From: Asterias rubens
Lineage: Eukaryota
Direction: 5' to 3'
Length of the DNA: 64,000 bases
Assembly: GCF_902459465.1 (NCBI RefSeq)
Contig: NC_047063.1
Location: 13,392,001 to 13,456,000, forward strand
The position numbers were made by a program, and so were the translations under genes. The notes beneath the pieces were generated by a model. That model was not told the DNA's origin, did not search any database, and saw only the letters and a list, made by a program, of their open reading frames with translations. Positions 20,423 through 29,883 of the stretch are shown here, piece by piece. Numbering within the stretch: the first letter of the stretch is position 1; each line of letters opens with the position of its first letter.

Positions 20423-22816
20423 TTGATGGACGTGTTGCATATGTACCTTCTCTCTCACATGGACGCAGCCAACCTACCGTTTCTAGAGTACCCTCTATTA
20501 AGCAAACCAACAAGAATTACAAGTTATAGTTCAACCTTAATTGACAATATATTAACAAATGATTTTCTGAACCATTCTGCTGGTATTTTAGTAACCGACA
20601 TAAGTGACCATTTACCTGTATTTCTTATTATTGATCAATTTAAAGAAAAAAATCAGGGTGAACGAAAATATGTCAGACGTGATTTTAACATGAATAACGT
20701 AAAATGCTTTAATGATGATCTAAATGAGACTGATTGGAATTTTTTAAAGTCTCCAAATGATATTCATGATATATACAATACTTTCCTAGAGCATGTACAA
20801 ACATTGTATGACAAAAATTTCCCTGTTCAAGAAATCAAATGCCGTTATGATAAATATAAGTCTCCATGGCTATCGGATGGTATTTATAATTCCATAAGAA
20901 GGAAAAATTACCTGTATAAAAAATTTCTTAAAAACCCTACTTTACAAAATAAATCTTGTTATACTGTATACAAAAACAAGTTATATTCTTTAATTAGAAT
21001 ATCAAAGAAAAATTACTTGAGTAAAAAATTCAACCAAGAAAAAGGCAATGTGAAAGGTACATGGAAGCTCATCAATTCATTATTAAATAAGAACAGGCAA
21101 AAAGCAAACCCCTCGTATTTTATTCAGGACGAAAAGAGAATAGATGATAACAAAGAAATTGCCGATTCATTTAGTGATTACTTTGTCAACATTGGCACCA
21201 GGCTTGCCAGTAACCTCCCATTGTGTAATACAGCGTTTGAATCTTTTCTGAATAACAGATGTTCACATTCTCTTTTCTTGACGCCCATTACGCAAGAGGA
21301 AATAGTGGATATTCTTAACAACATTCCTCATGGTAAAGCGTCTGGCTGTGACGGTTTAAATTCTTTTGTTATTAAACAGGCTAGTTACTCACTAGCGAAG
21401 CCATTAGCTGAGCTTTTCAATATGTCTTTAGCTTTAGGAATTTTTCCTGACGGGCTAAAAATAGGCAAAGTTACACCAATACATAAGAAGGGCAAGAAGC
21501 ATGATATTAACAATTATAGGCCCATAACAGTAGTATCTATTTTCTCAAAAACTTATGAAAAGTTAATATATTCTAGATTAAACTCTTTTATAAGCAAAAA
21601 CAATATTCTGTCTGAATCACAATTTGGATTCAGAGAAAATCGCTCAACTGACCTAGCAATTACGTATGTAGTTAATAAATTATCACAAGCTATTGACGAT
21701 AAGAACATCTCTGTTGGTATATTTTTGGACTTGTCCAAGGCTTTCGACACGGTTAATCATGAAATCTTGCTTCGTAAATTAGAACACTACGGTATCCGTG
21801 GAATAGCATTGGACTTGTTCAAAAGTTACTTATCAAATAGAAAACAATTTGTTTCGTATAATGCTGTCAATTCTATTGATCAACTTATTTCTTGTGGTGT
21901 TCCTCAAGGTTCTGTGTTGGGTCCCTTACTTTTTATTATTTACATCAATGACATTTGTAACTCATCTGATATTATTTCATTTTGCTTATTTGCAGATGAC
22001 ACAAGTTTATTATACAGTCATAATAATGTAGATGCCGCGATTCAGAACCTTAATTTGGAACTTCAAAAAATAAGTACTTGGCTTTTAGCCAATAAGTTAT
22101 GTATTAATGTCCTAAAATCTAATTATGTTATATTTTGTGCAAATCAATATAAATATACTCAATCTATTCCCTTAGTTCTAAATGGTATCAGTTTGAATCA
22201 AGTGAAAGTTACGAAATTCTTAGGTATATATATTGATGAACATCTAACTTGGAAATATCATATCAATGATGTATCAAGTAAATTATCAAAAAATGTGGGT
22301 ATAATGAATCGTTTAAAGTTTTTCTTACCTAGTAATATTTTATTGACCATCTATAATTCTTTTGTTCTGCCGTATTTAAACTACTGCATTCTCATATGGG
22401 GTGGTTCTTCAACTCGGTGTGAGAGACTATTTACTTTGCAAAAGCGGGCTGTTCGCATAATTTCTAATGCTGGTTATCGTGATCATTCAGCCCCACTTTT
22501 TAAACAATTTAAACTTCTAAAATTAAATGATCTTTATTGCCTTAATTTAGGTAAATTTATGTATAAATACAACCATAATGCATTACCTTCTTGTTTTAAC
22601 TCTTTCTTTACATTAACTTCAAATATTCATTCTTATGATACTCGAAGTACTCGTAACAAAAAACTTTATGTCCGTTTTAACAGAACATCATTGTTTAGAA
22701 ATAGTCTTGTCCAACGTGGTACTACATATTGGAATAGTCTCAGCGATTCGTTAAAATCTTCACCTACTTTGTCAAATTTTGCTAAAAAAATTAAAGCACA
22801 GTTCTTTAATTCTTAG
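20423..22816 (+). CDS. CR1/L2-group (Crack/Daphne-like) LINE ORF2: end of endonuclease plus uninterrupted reverse transcriptase
   Basis: KPTRIT..TLIDNI..ISDHLPVF (EN end), YRPIT, GVPQGSVLGPLLF, FADDT. The first ~20 codons are probably flanking DNA. Confidence 0.9.
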   Translation: MMDVLHMYLLSHMDAANLPFLEYPLLSKPTRITSYSSTLIDNILTNDFLNHSAGILVTDISDHLPVFLIIDQFKEKNQGERKYVRRDFNMNNVKCFNDDLNETDWNFLKSPNDIHDIYNTFLEHVQTLYDKNFPVQEIKCRYDKYKSPWLSDGIYNSIRRKNYLYKKFLKNPTLQNKSCYTVYKNKLYSLIRISKKNYLSKKFNQEKGNVKGTWKLINSLLNKNRQKANPSYFIQDEKRIDDNKEIADSFSDYFVNIGTRLASNLPLCNTAFESFLNNRCSHSLFLTPITQEEIVDILNNIPHGKASGCDGLNSFVIKQASYSLAKPLAELFNMSLALGIFPDGLKIGKVTPIHKKGKKHDINNYRPITVVSIFSKTYEKLIYSRLNSFISKNNILSESQFGFRENRSTDLAITYVVNKLSQAIDDKNISVGIFLDLSKAFDTVNHEILLRKLEHYGIRGIALDLFKSYLSNRKQFVSYNAVNSIDQLISCGVPQGSVLGPLLFIIYINDICNSSDIISFCLFADDTSLLYSHNNVDAAIQNLNLELQKISTWLLANKLCINVLKSNYVIFCANQYKYTQSIPLVLNGISLNQVKVTKFLGIYIDEHLTWKYHINDVSSKLSKNVGIMNRLKFFLPSNILLTIYNSFVLPYLNYCILIWGGSSTRCERLFTLQKRAVRIISNAGYRDHSAPLFKQFKLLKLNDLYCLNLGKFMYKYNHNALPSCFNSFFTLTSNIHSYDTRSTRNKKLYVRFNRTSLFRNSLVQRGTTYWNSLSDSLKSSPTLSNFAKKIKAQFFNS

Positions 22817-23166
22817 TTTTGAATGTAAAGTTATGATATATTTTCCGGATGATGTTTTGTCTTTGTACCTACATGTATCATGTTTCTATGTAAGTCAGTG
22901 TTGTGATAGTCTGTTGGTGTGTTTATTTGTTTGTTTGTTTCTTGTCTGTCCGTAGGTACGGGAACAAAAGCTTTTGCTTCACCCTATGCCTAAATGTTGT
23001 CCTGTCTGCGATTATTTATTCAACTTCCGTGTAAATTGTTATTGTTTTTATTTTATCTCTGGTTTGTCATTATATACTCATTATCATGTATCGTAACTTT
23101 AACGATATACACAAATGTAACTTAATGCATGGCAGCATTGAAATAAATGTGAATGAATGAAAAAAA
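20480..23166 (+). mobile_element. 5'-truncated CR1/L2-group LINE with 3'UTR and AATAAA-(TGAA)n-A tail
   Basis: ORF above, then a T-rich 3'UTR ending AAATAAATGTGAATGAATGAAAAAAA. No TSD recognised. Confidence 0.8.
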
Positions 23167-23795
23167 CATGTGTTTGTATTGCATCTCCATGCATAGAGCT
23201 AGGACCTAGGTCTATGGTCCATGGTCCGTCCGGGGCCGGTCGTCCGCAGCGCTACAAATTTAAATAGCTTACTTTAGGACGGGAGCGTTATGGAGTTGCA
23301 CAACACCAGAAATAAGGTGCTTGATACCAAGTAGCCTCATCTTCCTAGCAAACAAAAACAATTTTTTACCGTCCTGTGTGCTGCCGTCCCGAAAGGTCGC
23401 TACTAAGTCATGCATAGCAGGGTGCTTGCATTAAGAGCCTTGGGCAAGGCTATAGATGTAACAGCTCTATAGGAATTCTGGAACAAAAGCAGAATTTGTT
23501 TTTGTTGTATGCAGTTGGAATTTAGTTTGTGGAGCGCATCCGTGCACGATGGAAAACGGGAAATGTGTTATAATAGCCAAGGACATCCACTGACGCTTAC
23601 CCAGGTATAGAGTGCAATACAAATGGAACATTACCAAGAGTGTGCGAGAGTACAACATATGCCGGTGGGTAAGTGTATGAGCTTAACCGTTGTTTCCCTG
23701 TCGGTCTGGTCTACTATTATCATACTGATTGAATCAACGGCAGTGGGAAATGGGGGTAACACATATAGTTAAGAAAACACACATAAATGGGCATT

Positions 23796-26700
23796 CATCT
23801 CATCTCATCATCTAGGCATTGTCCATCCACTGCAGGATGTAGCCCTCTGTCAGATCTTTCCAGGTATGCCGTTCCTTTGCTATCCTTGTCCAGGTCCCCC
23901 CCACCAACTTTGTTATGTCATCCCTCCATCTTTTCTTCGGTCTGCCCCTGGATCTTTTTCCTACTCGGGGTTGCCATTCTGTGGTTCTTATGGTCCATCT
24001 GTTATCTGTCATTCTTGACACATGGCCTGCCCACTTCCATTTCATTGTGCTGACATATTGGATAATGTCTTTGACTTTTGTTATATCCCTAATTGCTTGG
24101 TTGGGTATCCGGTCTTGCAGTTTAATCCCTAGCATCCTTCTTTCCATTGCTCTCTGCGTGGTGGCTAATTTCTTGTTTATCTGTTTGGTAGTTGACCATG
24201 TTTGGCATCCATATGTTATTGTTGGGAGTACACATAGGTCAAACATTCTTTTCTTCAGGGAAATTGGTAGTTGTTTGTCGCATAAGATTTCTTTGTATCT
24301 TCCAAAGAGACCCCATCCTGATTTGATTCTTATGGATACTTCTTCTTTGGTTGTGTCTTGCATTTTTAATGTTTGGCCAAGATACTTGTATTCATGCACT
24401 TTCTCTATAATGTCGTTATCGATTCTGACAAGACTTTGGGAGTCGATGTTGGTCATATATTTTGTCTTTCCTTTGTGCATTTTAAGTCCCAGTCGGTTGC
24501 TTTCTTTGTGGAGCCTGTTAAATTGTCTTTCCAGGCTTTCGATGGAGCTAGCGAATATAGCCACATCATCTGCAAATCGTAGGTTTGACAGCATTTCTCC
24601 ATTGATGTTTATTCCTTCCTCCTCCATCTCTGCTTTCTTGAAAACTTCTTCAAGAGTAGCGTTGAAGAGTTTTGGAGACAGTGGGTCGCCTTGTCGGACC
24701 CCTCTGGATATCTTGATTTCGGTTGATATTTCATTGTCAAGATGAATTTTAGCTGTAGCATCTGAATATATATCTTCAAGGAGGTTGATGTAGGTTTCAT
24801 TTATTCCTATGTTCCTTAATGCTCTAAACATTGCTGGATGTTCTATGGAGTCAAAGGCCTTTTCGAAGTCCACAAAGCCGATGTATAGTGGTAAGTTGTA
24901 TTCGTTTGTCTTCTCTATGATCTGGTTAATTGCTTGCATGTGGTCTGTTGTTGAGTATCCCTTCCTGAATCCTGCTTGATCTCTTGGTTGATTCTCATCT
25001 AAGATCCTTTCTATTCTGTTGTGTATTACTCTTATGAATATTTTGTACTGGTGCGAAAGAAGGCTTATTGGCCTATAGTTCTTAACTTCGCTTTTGTCTC
25101 CCTTCTTGAAAAGTATGATAATTTTCGCTTCCTTCCAGTCTTTTGGAATCCTTGTTTTGTTCAGAATGTCATTGAATAAGGTGACCATTTCTTGAATGAT
25201 TACTTCCCCACCTACTACCATTATATCAGTTGTCACTTGATCAGTGCCTGGAGCTTTGTTTCTTTTCATTTGGTTTATAGCTGTTTGGACTTCCGAATGT
25301 AGAATTGGTGGTATTTCTATTGCATCCGGGCTTGGTATATTTGTATCTTCTCCTGTCTCTACTTCTATTTTTGAAGCGTACAGTTCTTTGTAGAAGTCGG
25401 CACATATTTCCAGTATTTCTGTTCTGTCTGTTGTTTTCTCGCCATTAGGTTTTTTCATTGAGCAGATTTTTGGTTTGTTACTGTCCTTGTCGATCAGCTT
25501 TGGACCCCTTCCGCTTTTAATGATTGATTCAATCTTTTCTGTCCTTCTTTTCCTTTGTCTCTGTCTCCTTTTCTTTTTGACAAGCTTACTTGTTTCGCAA
25601 AGCTCAATCTTCTCATGTAGTGGTAGATTGCTCTTATTTCTCAGAGACTTTCTTCTCTGGTCGAGTGTTTGTATTTCTAGGTCATCCTTTGTTGGAACCT
25701 GCTTCCTAGTATCTTTGTCTCGTTTGGCTAGTTTGGTTGATTCCTCTTTTATTATATTGTTGATTTCCTCGCATCGTTCATCTATATCGATGTCTTTTCC
25801 TTTTAGTACCTCGAAACGGTTCTTGAGGTTCAGTTGGAATTTGTCCTTGTTCTCCCATAATGCTTGGTTGTTTACCATCATGGGTTTGGTTCTTCTGATT
25901 GTTTTCAGTCGGGCTAGTTTTTTGCTGATGGATATTTTTGTTCTCACCATCCTAAGTGGTCGCTTCCAATATCTACCTTGGTGATGACTTCGCAGTTGTG
26001 TACGATACCTCTCTGGCTGACTAAGCAGAAGTCGATTTGATTTGTTGTGATGGCGTTTGGGCTCCTCCATGTCCAGTATCTATAATGCGGTTTGTTGAAT
26101 AGAGTGTTGGCAATGATGAGTTTTTCTTGGATGGCGAACTCTATCAATGTATTTCCTCTATCGTTCCTTGTACCTGTGCCAAATGGGCCAATGCATGAGA
26201 ATGTTTCATCCTGTTTTTTTATTCCAATTTTAGCATTGAAATCTCCCATTACAATGGTGTATTCTGACAGTCTGTTGTCCTGTAGTACCTTGCTTAGGTC
26301 CTCGTAGAATGATTCAATGTCCTCTTCACTATAGTCTTGAGTTGGTGCATAGACTTGCACAATTGTCATTGTCCCTTCTTTGATGAGGTTTATATTCATG
26401 GAAATTATCCGGTTTGAGTGTTTAGTGAATCCTTTCACATGATCCTTAATTCTTGGGTGAATTATGAAGCCTAGACCTTTGTTGTTTGGATCTTCTTCCA
26501 TTTTCCCTGAGTCATATATCCATATCCCGTCGTTTGTTTGGGTAAGTCCCTCACCGTGCCTTTTGGTTTCACACAACCCTATTATGTCCCAATTGAAGTC
26601 TTCTATTTCTTCCAGAAGTCTTTCTAGATCATCTTGTGTTCTTAAGGTTCTTGTATTGTATGTACAAATGTTCAGGTCGGAGTTGCCTTTCCTCTTTCTT

Positions 26701-27229
26701 TCAGCCCCACAACTCCCTGGTGAAGGGTTTAATCGTGACGCGTCATGTTGAGGTCTTCCCTCTGAATTTGGATTTGGCATTTTCCTTTGCTCCATTTGGC
26801 CTTGAGCGTTACGGCCTCTCTTTTCGTTACTCTTCATATCTGACAGGTTTTTAGCCATACACCGACGCGCTGGCTAGACGTGTTGCCGGTGGGTTTTCGA
26901 TAAGGTGACCTTCCTGTAGCCTTTGACTGCATCCTGCTGTCTTTCCCACAAGGCAGTGGGTGGGTGGGGTGGGTTGAGGTTATTTATGGGCGCCTCATAC
27001 TCGCCCGGTGATTCCTTCATTGAGCACGATGAGGTATTTAGTTAGAGTAGCTGCCCCACACAGACTACTCCACCTCACTCTCGGAAAACACCGCCAGTTG
27101 GTCCGCGACTGCTTATTTGGCTATTTCGCAGCTAGCCTCCATATCTGGAGGTCACTCCACTATCCGCCACCTGTGGACGCGTGAGGTTGGGGATTGGTCG
27201 CCCCCATTTGTTTGTAAAACAAATCCCTC
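23796..27229 (-). mobile_element. Full-length RTE-clade LINE with 11-bp target-site duplication
   Basis: TSD AAATGGGCATT at 23785-23795 and 27230-27240; (GATGA)n tail; ~370-bp 5'UTR; single EN-RT ORF. Confidence 0.92.
23812..26858 (-). pseudogene. RTE EN-RT polyprotein, split by one frameshift near 25954-25955
   Basis: EN motifs TYNTRTL, GLCETKR, QVYAPT, GDFNAK, NQIDF, GSDH. RT motifs YRPISLL, GVRQGDPLSP, FADDV. Removing 2 nt after GSDH joins the frames (GSDH-RMVRTK). Confidence 0.9.
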
Positions 27230-27492
27230 AAATGGGCATTAATATTGCATAATTATTTGACTCTCAATTTAATCCTATGTGCAAGTCCGTGGCTATGGTG
27301 TCGTGTTACAGATATAATTGCCTTGAACTTTGGGAAAATACCCCCTTAAACTTGAGTTTCTTATAATATTTTATAACAATGTCTACGGTTAAAATTTGCT
27401 ATAACTTCCTGAAACGAAAATGCAAGAACCCTCAACTATGCTTATTTGTTAGGCGATCTGCAGTAACATAGAATTCAAACTGCCTCTAGCTA

Positions 27493-27665
27493 CCGGGCAA
27501 CCGGTGGTCTAGTTGGTATGACACTGCTCTAGAATTGCAAAGGTCGTGGGTTCAAATCCCACCCGAGTTAAATGCCTGTGATTTTTTCACAGGATTCGGG
27601 AAAGTACTGAGTATACAGTGCTACACACATCAGTATATATGGGTAAAAACCAAAAACTAATATTC
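27493..27665 (+). mobile_element. tRNA-derived SINE immediately upstream of paralogue 3
   Basis: A box TGGTCTAGTTGG, B box GGTTCAAATCC, non-tRNA body. A 3' fragment of the same family lies inverted at 29781-29883. Confidence 0.75.
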
Positions 27666-29006
27666 GATCTTATGTAATTGAAACCTTTTATTTTGTAGGA
27701 ACAAGTATCATTAACACTTTAGCAGCTCAGCTGTGCGTTATGGCATCTCAACGAAGACCAGTTCATCACCAGGACGAGGGCCCTTGGGGTTGGGTCGTTG
27801 TGGGCGCAACATTTGTCGCCCTTTTCATCACGTTTGGAAATCTAAAGGCTCTTGGTGTCCTCCTCCTAGCCATACAGAATGACTTCAATAGTGACGTGTG
27901 GATGATTGGTTGGATGGCTGTCCCGTATAACTCAATAAGTTTCCTATCCGGTAAGAAACTTACGTGACCTTGTCAACATTTGAACCTGGCTTGAACGAGC
28001 ACAGTAAACAATACCCAAGTTAACAATTAAAACGATTGCCAGCAGAGAGCCTGCACTGTTTGCAATTTGAGTTTAATGTTCAATTTCGGTATTTTTGACG
28101 CATCAATTCTTCCCAAGGCAAGCATGCCGAGAACAGGGGTGTCAGATTAAGTTTTGTAGTGATGATCTGTTCAACAAGGTGTGTTTTGTGAACAACAAGG
28201 ATGTTTGATTATTATTAATAAACGTGGATCATTGTATAGCCAAGGACTGACTCGCAACAGTTTGTTGTGCTTACCAATATTACAAATGTTGTGTCTGTAC
28301 GTGTCATTTGTCATACGTTCTCAGGAAAATAACTCGTTCATCAAACTGTTTCATATAATTGCCCGCGTTTATAGAAGCCATTTTTGTTATATATTTCAGT
28401 TGCGACAGTCATAGCAAAGTGGTTTTAGGTGAAAGGGTGGTTACAAGTTTTGTACTTTGTCTTTACGTATGAATCTTCCATGGTTTATGGGTTCAATACT
28501 GTTTGGATGCAGGTCCTATTGTTTCCAGCATAGACGGTCTCGTTAACAGCAGACGCAGCGTTGTTATTGTCGGTGGAGTACTGGGGTCAGCTGGATTCAT
28601 CATCGGCTCGCAGTCGACTACAGTGTTTACAGTTAACACTTTCTGTTGTCGTTCTATCAGGTTAGAATAAACTTATACTGATGATAGGTCACAATATTTA
28701 TTTGTTTCACAGCGTTCTTTGAATCTCAAATAGCCGAGGTGAAGATTTGAGGTTTCGTTAAACACCATCTTCCCCGAAACAATTTGTGTCAGTAAAGCAC
28801 CGGATTGTCATTGTTCCCATTTCATTTCGGTTGTTTTAAAAACAATAATAGCAAGATACAATAAACACTAGGTGTTTGGCTTCCGGAGTACAAGCCTGGG
28901 CGAAAAAAAAAATCATTGCAGCTTGTTTTATTCTCAAAACACGTAATAAATGATCGACATGAAAAAACAAAACAAAAATCAAAAAAACACGCGGTGCCAA
29001 ATTTAA

Positions 29007-29712
29007 AGGCACCTGGAAATAGATTGTTTTTCCTTCAAACATTAGAGTATATGGTCCTGAACAATAAAATAATTTTTTGAGTAATTGTTTTTGACGATTA
29101 TATGTTTAACAAACTAAATAAAGTTGTGTGGGGGTGACTCCGCCTACCCCTTTTGTGACGTCAATCGAGGAAGACTTTGCCTCGATCGAACATCGAACCC
29201 ACGTACGTGCAAGTACATTCAAGGCCTGGACGTGAGTTTGTACGTTTGAACAAGTTTTTTTCTTGCATTTTTCCGGCAATGTCAACCAGGTGTATTGCTG
29301 CTGGATGCAACAAAACAACTAAAGGTGGTGTCAGTTTGCCAAGTGTCCGGTCCGACGTCTTTTCCAGCGCTGTGCGGCAAACACTTCGAGCCGTCGTGCG
29401 TCGAGAATCCGGAATACACTACACATTTTGACATGAAGAGAAACGTTCTTTTCTAAAACATGACAACATCCCAATAATTTTTCCAGCTGGTGGGGAAGTC
29501 GAAGAAGGTACCTGAAAGAAGTAACGAACCTAAAGGAGCATTTGCCTAACGTGAAAAAAAATCAGGTATTGTTTCAACTTTGAGGGCATGTTTTTAGCTT
29601 GCGCCAAGCGTCACTATGCTGTGTTGGCACTGCATGCAATTCATCGCGCCTCGGACAGCGCCCTCTCATATTCCACTCATCAAAACACATATTTTAGTGA
29701 CAAAAGCTTTAT
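29007..29712 (+). mobile_element. Kolobok-like element with decayed THAP domain in paralogue 3 intron 2, internally deleted
   Basis: TTAA-AGGCACCTGGAA terminus. ATG 29279 MSTRCIAAGCNKTTKGGVSL, then in another frame ALCGKHFEPSC (C2CH THAP signature). Homologous to 7800-8260. Confidence 0.7.
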
Positions 29713-29780
29713 CAAGGACATTATGTATACAAATTGTTAAACAATTATCTAATAGATGTTAAATTTGCATCGGGGATAAA

Positions 29781-29883
29781 GAATATATATATTTGTTATA
29801 CCCATACACCGATGTGTGTTAGCACTGTATACTCGGTACGTTCCCGAGTCCTGTGAAAAAAATATATCACAGGCATATTACTC
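29781..29883 (-). mobile_element. 3' fragment of the SINE family seen at 27493
   Basis: Reverse-complement similarity to about 27572-27665. Confidence 0.65.

Noticed and set aside
23915-26854. Long + strand ORFs (276, 169, 95 aa etc.) over the RTE
   Set aside because: Antisense shadows of the RTE coding strand; similar shadows overlie the L1 ORF1, the MCT exons and the ITIH exons.
26859-27229. HDV-like ribozyme in the RTE 5'UTR (known in some RTEs)
   Set aside because: Hairpins are present (CCTCCA/TGGAGG, GAGTAG/CTACTC) but I could not assemble P1/P2/P3 pairings by eye. A descriptor-based search (e.g. RNArobo) would be needed.
27493-27575. tRNA gene (also 38900-38980 and 60096-60167)
   Set aside because: A and B boxes are present but there is no complete cloverleaf or acceptor stem, and the first two continue into repeat bodies; treated as SINE heads.
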